A DNA stretch of 64,000 nucleotides from an uncultured Gemmatimonadales bacterium (GTDB taxonomy: Bacteria; Gemmatimonadota; Gemmatimonadetes; Longimicrobiales; RSA9): positions 192,001 through 256,000 of the forward strand of contig CAWCRS010000003.1 in NCBI GenBank assembly GCA_963798085.1. Reading direction: 5' to 3'. Made by a program: the position numbers and the translations under genes. The notes beneath the pieces were generated by a model. It saw only the letters and a list, made by a program, of their open reading frames with translations, had not been told where the DNA came from and did not search any database. Below, in pieces: positions 48,434 through 56,527 of the stretch (positions are counted from its first letter, which is position 1; each line of letters starts with the position of its first letter).

Positions 48434-50249
48434 TCAGCCACGCTTCGCGGCGGCCCGGCCCGCATCCAGCGCTGCGGCCGTGGCCTTCGCCTCGGCAACG
48501 ACTTCCTGCGGAAAACCGTACAGCTCCATCATGCGAATGGCGTTGTGCGTCGATGTGGGTCCCGGCCGGAATGCGATAGTCGAAGAGCAGACGGCTGTCT
48601 TCGACCGACTCGCGGAAATGGTGGAACTCCCACCGATCATCGAGCAGGTGCAGCAGCTCGAGATCGTGCGTCGCGGCCAGCACCGAATGGTCGCCAGCAG
48701 CCAGCCGTTCGAGCACGGCCCGCGACGCAGCCACGCGCTCCGTCGTATTCGTGCCGCGGAATATCTCGTCGATGACGAAGAGGTGCTGCGCCTCCCCCGC
48801 CGCCGCGCGCAGGAGTCCGTGCGCCAGTTCCAGCTCCACCGCGAAATAACTCTGCCCGCGCGCCAGATCATCGCCTCGACCGATCATGCTGCGCACGCGC
48901 AGGCACGGCGAGCGCCACGCCGCGGCCGTGCACGTGGCCACGGTCTGCGCCAGCACCGCGTTGACGGCAACGGCGCGCAGGAACGTGGTCTTGCCCGACA
49001 TGTTGGAGCCGGTGATGAGGATGCTGCGGCCTTCGATCGTGAAATCGTTGGCCACGGCGTTGTCCAGCAGCGGATGCACGAGCTGCTGGAAGGAGAGGCG
49101 TCGCCCGCGAACCGAGAGCAGGGGCTGGCACCAGCGCAGGCCCGGGGTGCTGCGCCACGAGCCAATGGCGGAGACGGCGTCGAGGAAACCCAGCGTTTCG
49201 AACACGGCCGCCAGATCCGCCCGCCTGTGCCGCACCGCCTCGACGCTGAAAGCGAAAGCGTTGACATCCAGCAATAACAGCATGTTAAGCCAGGCGTAGA
49301 TGCTGCCGATCAGGTCGTTGCCACGCAGCTCCACGGCCACGTAGCGGGCGGCGCGGGAGAGGCCCTGCAGGCGGGCGTTGTGCTGGCGCAGCCGCTCGAG
49401 CACCGGCTCCAGTACGGGGTCGCGCAGGCGGCTGATGGCGTCGGCCGCTGCGATCAGGCGGCGCAGCATGGTGAGCGGGCGGGTGACCGGCTGGATGCGG
49501 CGATGATAGCGGTACTGGATGCTCAGGTTGATGGCGGAAACGAGCAGCAGTCCGGCCAGACCGAATGTCGGTCGCACGAACGTCACCCCGGCCATGGCCA
49601 GCGCCAGCATGGAGAGCAGCGGGAACACGGCGCGGAAGCGGGGCGGGGGCGGCAGCTCGCTGGCGAAGAGATTGGGCAGGAAGCAGGCATCGAGCGTGTC
49701 CAGCGGCGCCAGCGCCTGCTGCACGCGCTGCCGGACCTCGGGGGCACCGGCCATGCGATCGGCGGCGGCCGAGCGTTCCTCTAACACACGGTTGGACGCG
49801 CTGGGCCGGCGCAACCAGCAGTACAGCGTCTGCTGGCCGATGGTGCTGGCGCAGCGATCGACCTCGGCGAACACAGCCTCCAGGTGCAGGTCCTCCCACG
49901 TGCGTGCGTCCAGTCGCGCCTCGGGTGCGGCCGGCAGCAGCTCATCGTAGATGCCGATGAAGGCTGGATCCCGCGTGCGCTCCCGCCGCACGCCCCAGGG
50001 GATGCGCGTGCGCCGGACGCCGCGCAGCCGGGCCAGCGCCGAAAGCAGTGAGTCCCGGGCGTCGCGGCCCATCCGAATGAGCAGCTGCACAATGCCGCCC
50101 GGGCGCCGCATCACATCCGGCAGCGCCCGCGGTGCGGCCACCGGCGGCGAGGCGCCGGCCTGTTCTGCTGCGTCCGCAGCATGCTTCGCCTCCACCCGCC
50201 CCCCCGCAGCGGCAGCTGGGGTCGTGTCCTTCATGGCTTCCGATTCCAT
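48434..50249 (-). CDS. Membrane-anchored MutS domain V ATPase (MutS-related); apparent 1-bp frameshift near 48568
   Basis: TWEDLHLE, STIGQQTLY, TM pair, HPLL, Walker A ITGSNMSGKTTFLR, SYFAVE, IDEIFRGTN and ATHDLEL; the expected tail GPTSTHNAIRMMELYGFP is in another frame that ends at 48434. Confidence 0.85.
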
Positions 50250-50455
50250 GCGCGCTGGCACCTCTCGAAGCGTCGTGCAGGCGACTTCCTTACACGCCGG
50301 TGACAAAGCATAACACTGCCCATCCCCCGTGGCTCGCGCGATCGTTGCGTTTCCGTCGGCGTTCGACCACCGTGTTGGAACACGGCGTGCGCTGGTCCGC
50401 TATCAGTCGACCAGCGCGCACGGCGCGCGCTCGCACGGAGGCCAACGGGTTCGGC

Positions 50456-50854
50456 ATGTTTCTGTTTCTGGCGGCGCTGCTGGCGATCGGATCGCCTGCC
50501 CGACAGGGCGGGGTGGTTCACGGCCATATGCTGGCCGGCCCGCCCATCGCCGGTCTCTGGAATCGCCTCACGCTGCCCGACACCGATGACGGTGATTCCG
50601 CTTCTACGGTCCTGCGACTGGTTCGCTTTGCCGTGGTGGTGGAGCGCGAGCGCTTCATCGTCCGCGCCGTGTACCTCGGACCGGCTCCCCACAGTCACCA
50701 GCCGATTGCCAGCCTGCAGCGCGATGAGCGCGTCGACGCGCGCTGTCACCTCGCCGTGCTGCAGCATCTCGCCGTGCGCCCCGCCATGATGCTTGCGCAC
50801 AGCGGCGCCCGATCCTGCTCGGCCACCACCCTTCCTCCGCCATCCGTCATCTGA
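50456..50854 (+). CDS. Hypothetical protein with a hydrophobic N-terminus
   Basis: MFLFLAALLAIGSPA... ending TTLPPPSVI; fills the gap ahead of the next operon; no family recognised. Confidence 0.3.
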   Translation: MFLFLAALLAIGSPARQGGVVHGHMLAGPPIAGLWNRLTLPDTDDGDSASTVLRLVRFAVVVERERFIVRAVYLGPAPHSHQPIASLQRDERVDARCHLAVLQHLAVRPAMMLAHSGARSCSATTLPPPSVI

Positions 50855-50998
50855 TTCTGCGGCCCTGTGCCGTGGTGTCGGGGAACACCCGGCGCAACGG
50901 CGCGTGCGGCCGCGTCTCCAGGACAGCAGAAAGCGGTACCTGAAGTTCCCGGTTCGCGAGCGTCGCAACACGGTGTTTGGACTCTACGCCTGCGGGTG

Positions 50999-51679
50999 AT
51001 GGCGGAACCTGGCGTGATTCTCTTCGATTTTGGCGGCACTCTGGACGCCGATGGTGTGCGCTGGAGCCAGCGTTTCCACGCGGCGTACGCGGCGGAAGGC
51101 GGCAGCCTCAATGCCGTCGCCTTCGAACCCCTGTTCCGCAGGAGCGATGCGGAGCTGGCAGCAATGCCGGACACGCGCGCGCTGGGCTTCACCGGCCACG
51201 TACGCACGCAGGCGAGGCTGCTGGTGGATCTGCTGCCCGATGGCGGGCGCGTGGACGCAGCGCGGCTGGCGCAGGCGTTCCTCGATGAAGCGGCGTTCAC
51301 GATTGCGCGCAATCGCCGCGTGCTGGAACGGCTGGCGCGCACCCAGCGCCTGGGCGTCGTGTCCAACTTTACCGGCAATCTGGCGCGCTGCCTCGAGGAG
51401 CTCGGCCTCGGCGCGTGTTTCGAGGTAGTCGCGGATTCCGGGGTTGTGGGCTGGTCCAAGCCGGACGAGCGCCTCTTCCGCCACGCGCTCGACGCCATCG
51501 GCGTCGAGCCGGCGCGCGTCTGGATGGTCGGCGATAATCCGCAGAGCGACATCGCGCCCGCGCTGCACCTGGGCATGCGCGCCTGCTGGATTACGCCTGC
51601 GCATCGCAACGACAGATTGCCGGTCCCGCCTACGGCGCGCATCAGCATGCTCACCGAGCTGCCCGCGGTGGTGTTATGA
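50999..51679 (+). CDS. HAD-superfamily hydrolase
   Basis: LFDFGGTLD, VVSNF, SKPD and MVGDNPQSDI. Confidence 0.9.
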   Translation: MAEPGVILFDFGGTLDADGVRWSQRFHAAYAAEGGSLNAVAFEPLFRRSDAELAAMPDTRALGFTGHVRTQARLLVDLLPDGGRVDAARLAQAFLDEAAFTIARNRRVLERLARTQRLGVVSNFTGNLARCLEELGLGACFEVVADSGVVGWSKPDERLFRHALDAIGVEPARVWMVGDNPQSDIAPALHLGMRACWITPAHRNDRLPVPPTARISMLTELPAVVL

Positions 51680-52398
51680 GCATGCACGGCCTGATCCTGG
51701 CGGGCGGCACCGGCTCGCGGCTGGCCGCCAATGGTGTGGCCGAGCCCAAACCCATGGTGCGCATCGGCGGCGTGCCGCAGGTCGTGCGCCTGGCCGACAC
51801 GCTCCACCATCTGGGCTGCGCTTCCGTGACCTGTCTGGTGCACGAGCAGTTCCCGCAGACCGCGGCCGCGCTGGAGACAGGGCTGTTCCCTGTTACTACG
51901 CTGTTCTGCAACACCCCCTCATCGCTGCACACGCTGGCGCTGGGACTCCAGGCAATAGCGCCGGGCCCCGTGCTCTGCACGCTGGTGGACACGGTGATGC
52001 CGTGGCCGGACTGGTCGCGCATGGCGAGCTCCGCGGCGCGCCAGCTGGCGAGGGGCGCGCAGCTGGTCATCGCCGTCACACGCTATGCAGGCGACGATGA
52101 TCGTCCGCTCTTCGTCGAACCGGGCCGGCCGCCACGCGTGCGCCGCATCACGGAACAGCCGGGCAGCACGCTGGTGACCGGCGGCGTGTACGCGCTGTCC
52201 GGCGTGGCGCGCACCGATGTTGCGACCGCGCTTGCGGACGGCCTGGTTCGCCTGCGTGCCTGGCTCATGCGCTTCGCCGCAGCACACGATGTCCGCGCTG
52301 TGATCGTGCCTCGCATCTTCAATGTCGACCGCCGCACGGATCTGGAAGCCGCCGAGGCGTGGTGGTCTTCCCTCGCACCATCCCGGAGCATCTCATGA
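51676..52398 (+). CDS. NTP-transferase (sugar/polyol-phosphate nucleotidyltransferase family)
   Basis: GLILAGGTGSRL...PKPMV and C-terminal NVDRRTDL; ATGA overlap. Confidence 0.88.
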   Translation: MSMHGLILAGGTGSRLAANGVAEPKPMVRIGGVPQVVRLADTLHHLGCASVTCLVHEQFPQTAAALETGLFPVTTLFCNTPSSLHTLALGLQAIAPGPVLCTLVDTVMPWPDWSRMASSAARQLARGAQLVIAVTRYAGDDDRPLFVEPGRPPRVRRITEQPGSTLVTGGVYALSGVARTDVATALADGLVRLRAWLMRFAAAHDVRAVIVPRIFNVDRRTDLEAAEAWWSSLAPSRSIS

Positions 52399-53273
52399 AC
52401 GCACGTTCCACGCGAAGGCATTTCATCGCGATACGCCGCAGTCCTCTGTACTCGCCGCTGCAGCACCGACACAACGACGCGCAGATCCTGGCGCAGGTGT
52501 GCGCCTGCATGGAAGCGCAGGGCTGGGTCGGTGTGCAGATCGAGGAAGCGGACATCGAGAAGGCCCTGCCGCCGCCAGCCGATCTGTATCTCAACATGTG
52601 TCAGGGCCCGGAAGCATCGGCCCGCCTGCTCGAGCTGGAGCGCGAGGGCCGTGCGCTCGTGAATCGCCCGTCCAGCGTGCTCCGCTGTCACCGCCACCGT
52701 CTGGTGCCCGTGCTCTCCGAGTCCGGGCTGCCCTTCCCGCGCACGGTCATCGTGTCGACCGCCGCACAGTCGCCCGCGCTCGCCGCGCTGGAGGCACTGG
52801 CCGGTGCGCATGGTCGAGTCTGGCTGAAGCGCGGCGGCGTGCACGCACAATCTCCCGCTGATGTGCAGCAGGTCGAGCCCGGCCGTGTGCCTGCGGCGCT
52901 GCGTGAATTCGCGCGTCGAGGCATCGAACGGGTGGCCATCCAGCGACACGTGGCCGGGCCGGTCGTGAAATTCTACGCCGTGGCGGGCCGTGGTTTCTTC
53001 CGCTGGTACGACGCCGAGGCCGGCGTCGAAGGTGCGCGGCCCGACGTGGACGATCGGACGCTCCGCGCCATCGCATTCCGCGCGGCAGCGCTGCTCGGTC
53101 TCTCCGTGTTCGGTGGCGATGCCGCGGTGCCATCGCCGGAACGTCCCGTCCTCATCGACGTGAATGACTGGCCGAGCTTCGCCAGCTTCCGCAGCGAGGC
53201 CGCCAGCGCAATTGCGCAGTTCGCCGCCAGCCAGGTCAGTGACAGCACGCTCTCAGGGGCAGGTCTGCGATGA
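52395..53273 (+). CDS. ATP-grasp fold protein of unknown function
   Basis: LVNRPSSV, LPFPRT, VWLKRG, IQRHVAG..VKFY, FGGDA and LIDVNDWPSF. Confidence 0.75.
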   Translation: MNARSTRRHFIAIRRSPLYSPLQHRHNDAQILAQVCACMEAQGWVGVQIEEADIEKALPPPADLYLNMCQGPEASARLLELEREGRALVNRPSSVLRCHRHRLVPVLSESGLPFPRTVIVSTAAQSPALAALEALAGAHGRVWLKRGGVHAQSPADVQQVEPGRVPAALREFARRGIERVAIQRHVAGPVVKFYAVAGRGFFRWYDAEAGVEGARPDVDDRTLRAIAFRAAALLGLSVFGGDAAVPSPERPVLIDVNDWPSFASFRSEAASAIAQFAASQVSDSTLSGAGLR

Positions 53274-54595
53274 GCCGCGGTAATCTTTCGGACACCATCT
53301 TCGAGGCCGAGAGTGCATTCCTCGCGCCCGGCATTCAGAGTGTCGCTACGTACAGCCGCCTGTGTCTGGATCGCGGCGAGGGCGCACTGCTGTGGGATGT
53401 GGACGGGCGCCGCTACATCGATCTGCTCGCGGGCGTCGGCGTGGCCAGCCTCGGGTACGCGCACCCGCGCTACGTGGCCGCACTGCAGCAGCAGGTGGCG
53501 CGTGTGCACGTGGGCAGCTTCACTACCGAGAACCGCGCGGTGCTCGTTCGCCTGCTGGCGGAACTCGCGCCCGGCGATCTCAACCGTTCGCAGTTCTACA
53601 GCGGCGGCGCGGAGGCGGTCGAGGCGGCGCTGCGGCTGGCACGCTCGCGTACCGGCAGGTTCGAGGTGATGGCCTTCTGGGGCGGCTTCCACGGCAAGAC
53701 CGGTGGCGTGCTGCCGCTGCTGGGCAGTGAATTCAAGCACGGCCTGGGCCCGCTGGCGCCGGGTGCGTTCAGCTCGCCCTTCGCCAGCTGTGCTAACTGC
53801 GCGTTTGGCATGACCTTCCCCGGTTGCGCCTGGCACTGTGTCGATTTCATCCGCTCCAAGATCGCGCTCGAGACCACCAACCGCGTGGCCGCGATCCTGG
53901 TCGAGCCCATCCAGGGCACCGCGGGCAATATCATCCCGCCGCCCGGCTACCTGCTCGAGCTGCGGCGCCTGGCCGACGAGATCGGAGCGCTGCTGATCTG
54001 CGACGAGATGATCACGGGCTTCGCGCGCACGGGCCGCATGTTCGCCATCGAGCACGATGGGGTCGTGCCCGACGTGCTCATCGTAGGCAAGGGTTTCGGC
54101 GGCGGCTTCCCGATCAGCGCCATCATTGCGCGTGAGGAGATCGCGTTCTCCCGGCCGTTCGCCGACCCCAGTGGCAGTTCCTCGAGCTACGGCGGCAACC
54201 CGATGGGCGCGGCCGCGGCGCGAGCGGTGGTGGAGACGATTCTCGAGGAGGACCTGGTGACGCACTCCGCGCGCGTGGGCCAGCGCATGCTGCGCGAGCT
54301 GCAGAGCTGGGAAGCCGAGCTGCCCATCGTGCGCAATGTGCGCGGGCGTGGCCTGCTGCTGGGCCTGGATCTGGTCGACCCTGCAACAGGCTGTTTGCTG
54401 GACAGAACTGCGACCCGCTGGATCTTTGACAACATGCTGCGTCGTGGCGTGCTCGCCATGATCTACAATCCGGTGGTGCGCATCAATCCGCCACTGGTGA
54501 TCACAGAGGAACTCGCAATGCAGGCACTCGCGGTGATGCGGGAGGTGCTGAATGAAGCTGCAGAACGCATCGTCGTCCCGGCCGCGGCTCGATAA
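53270..54595 (+). CDS. Class III PLP-dependent aminotransferase
   Basis: GEGALLWDVDGRRYID, SGGAEAVEAA, FHGKT, EPIQG, DEMITGFARTG and PLP lysine in VGKGFGGG. Confidence 0.93.
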   Translation: MSRGNLSDTIFEAESAFLAPGIQSVATYSRLCLDRGEGALLWDVDGRRYIDLLAGVGVASLGYAHPRYVAALQQQVARVHVGSFTTENRAVLVRLLAELAPGDLNRSQFYSGGAEAVEAALRLARSRTGRFEVMAFWGGFHGKTGGVLPLLGSEFKHGLGPLAPGAFSSPFASCANCAFGMTFPGCAWHCVDFIRSKIALETTNRVAAILVEPIQGTAGNIIPPPGYLLELRRLADEIGALLICDEMITGFARTGRMFAIEHDGVVPDVLIVGKGFGGGFPISAIIAREEIAFSRPFADPSGSSSSYGGNPMGAAAARAVVETILEEDLVTHSARVGQRMLRELQSWEAELPIVRNVRGRGLLLGLDLVDPATGCLLDRTATRWIFDNMLRRGVLAMIYNPVVRINPPLVITEELAMQALAVMREVLNEAAERIVVPAAAR

Positions 54596-55436
54596 GGGCG
54601 ACGCGGTCGAGGAGTGGCTGGATCTGCGTTTCTTCCGGCCGCTCGGCGCACGCCTCGCCAAGGCTGCGCCGCCCTGGCTGAGCGCGGATCACGTCACGCT
54701 CGGCGCCCTGCTGACAGGCCTGGCAGCAGGGCAGTTCTTCATTTATGCGTCGCCCACGCTCAACCTGCTGGGCTTCGTGCTGTTCATCATCTCCGATGTG
54801 CTGGACAGCGCCGATGGCCAGCTGGCTCGCCTGCGCGGCACTTCGACGCGCTTCGGACGCATGCTCGACGGCATGTCCGATTACCTGCGTTTCGGTTCGC
54901 TCTACGGCTTCATGTTCCTGCGACTGTTCCTGACCGGCATGCGCTGGCCCGCGGCGTTGCTGCTCGCGGTGACCGGGGTGATCAGCCATGGCCTGCAGGC
55001 GACGGCCAACGACTTCCTGCGCAACCTCCACCTGTCCGCTGCCGGGCAGGGCGAGCTTGACCTTCCCGAAGACCTGCCCGCGCGCGCGCCGCCGGGATGG
55101 CTCGGGCGCATTGCGCTCTCCGGCTACCGCGGCTACGTGCGCCGGCAGGTGTGGCTGTTCCCGCGCACGTGTGACCTCGTGCGTCGTGCGCGCGCCGGCT
55201 CCAGCGCGCTGCTCGCCGAACTTGCGTCGAGGCAGAAACCGCTGCTGCCGCTGTGTGCGTGGATTGGCCAGAACATCCGCTTCTTCCTGCTCGCCGCGAC
55301 CGCGGGCACCGGCCACCCGGCTGCCTATCTCTGGATTACCATTACCGTGCTCAATGGTCTGCTCGTTTTCCTGATCATCGCACACGAGATGATCGCGACG
55401 CAGCTCATGACGCGGCCCACGGCGGAGGCAGCATGA
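54552..55436 (+). CDS. CDP-alcohol phosphatidyltransferase family protein
   Basis: Signature DVLDSADGQLAR...FGRMLDGMSD and multiple TM helices. Confidence 0.92.
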   Translation: MKLQNASSSRPRLDKGDAVEEWLDLRFFRPLGARLAKAAPPWLSADHVTLGALLTGLAAGQFFIYASPTLNLLGFVLFIISDVLDSADGQLARLRGTSTRFGRMLDGMSDYLRFGSLYGFMFLRLFLTGMRWPAALLLAVTGVISHGLQATANDFLRNLHLSAAGQGELDLPEDLPARAPPGWLGRIALSGYRGYVRRQVWLFPRTCDLVRRARAGSSALLAELASRQKPLLPLCAWIGQNIRFFLLAATAGTGHPAAYLWITITVLNGLLVFLIIAHEMIATQLMTRPTAEAA

Positions 55437-56464
55437 GCGCGCGCGTGTACCGGGGTGCGTTCGTCGGCTTCGGCGCCATCGCGCGACAGGCGCACCTGCC
55501 TGCCTTCGAAGGCGATCCCCTGCTGCGCGAGCGCGTACGCATGGTGGCCGCGATCGACATCGCGCACGCATTCAGCGAAAGCGCGGAGGACACGACGGGC
55601 GGGCTGCTGCGTCTCTCGAGCCTCGATCAGCTGGACACAATCGGCGCCATCGACTTCGTGGATGTGTGCACCCCGACGGCGCTGCATGCCGAGCTGGCCG
55701 CGCAGGCGCTGGAGCGGGGACTGCACGTGCTGTGTGAAAAGCCGGTGGCGACGACGCGGGCCGAAGCCGACCGTCTCGCAGCTGCGGCCGCGCGCGGCGG
55801 TGGCCTGCTTCTGCCCTGCCACCAGTATCATTACAATCCCGTCTGGCGTCAGGTCTCGCGGTGGCTCTCTGCCGGCATCATTGGACGCTGGCATCTCGCG
55901 GAGCTGGCCGTCCATCGCCCGGCGGCCGATGGCGGCATCAGGACGGACGGCGTGCCCTGGCGAGGGCTGGGCGCGCACAGCCGCGGTGGCATCCTGCTCG
56001 ATCACGGCACGCACTGGATCTATCTGCTGCTCGCGGCCGGCGGCCGGCCCACCGCCGTCAACGCATGGACAGGCCGCATCCTGCACGCCGAGTACGATGT
56101 GGAAGACACCGTTCATCTGCTGCTGGAATTCCCCGATCGTATTGCATCCCTGTTCCTGACCTGGGCCGGGCACCAGCGCGAGAACCGGCTCCGCTTCACC
56201 GGTGAACACGGCGTTATCGAATGGGATGGGGCGGAGTTGCGCCTGGACGCACGCGATTGCCGCCAGACGCTCGATGTTTCGCAGGAGAACGGCAAGGCGG
56301 CGTACGCGCACTGGTTCGCGGCGCTGTTCCGCGAGTTCGTCAGTGCACTCGATGAGCAGAGGCGGCCCGCACTGGCGGACGAGGTCCGGCCCGTGGCCGA
56401 GGTGCTGGAGAGCGTGTACGGCGCCGCGGCCGCGGGCAGCCGCATGACGGTCGCCGCGGCCTGA
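55433..56464 (+). CDS. Gfo/Idh/MocA-family oxidoreductase
   Basis: VGFGAIA, VCTPT..H, HVLCEKP, GGILLDHGTH and VEDT; ATGA overlap. Confidence 0.92.
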   Translation: MSARVYRGAFVGFGAIARQAHLPAFEGDPLLRERVRMVAAIDIAHAFSESAEDTTGGLLRLSSLDQLDTIGAIDFVDVCTPTALHAELAAQALERGLHVLCEKPVATTRAEADRLAAAAARGGGLLLPCHQYHYNPVWRQVSRWLSAGIIGRWHLAELAVHRPAADGGIRTDGVPWRGLGAHSRGGILLDHGTHWIYLLLAAGGRPTAVNAWTGRILHAEYDVEDTVHLLLEFPDRIASLFLTWAGHQRENRLRFTGEHGVIEWDGAELRLDARDCRQTLDVSQENGKAAYAHWFAALFREFVSALDEQRRPALADEVRPVAEVLESVYGAAAAGSRMTVAAA

Positions 56465-56527
56465 GCGCAGGCTTCACGATGCGGCCAGGACCGGCGGTAC
56501 CCGCGCGGCATCAGTCTAACAGCGAAT

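Noticed and set aside
50999..56464. Phosphonate biosynthesis cluster
   Set aside because: NTP-transferase, aminotransferase and CDP-alcohol transferase genes occur in such clusters, but no PEP mutase (EDKxxxxxNS motif) or phosphonopyruvate decarboxylase is present in the window.
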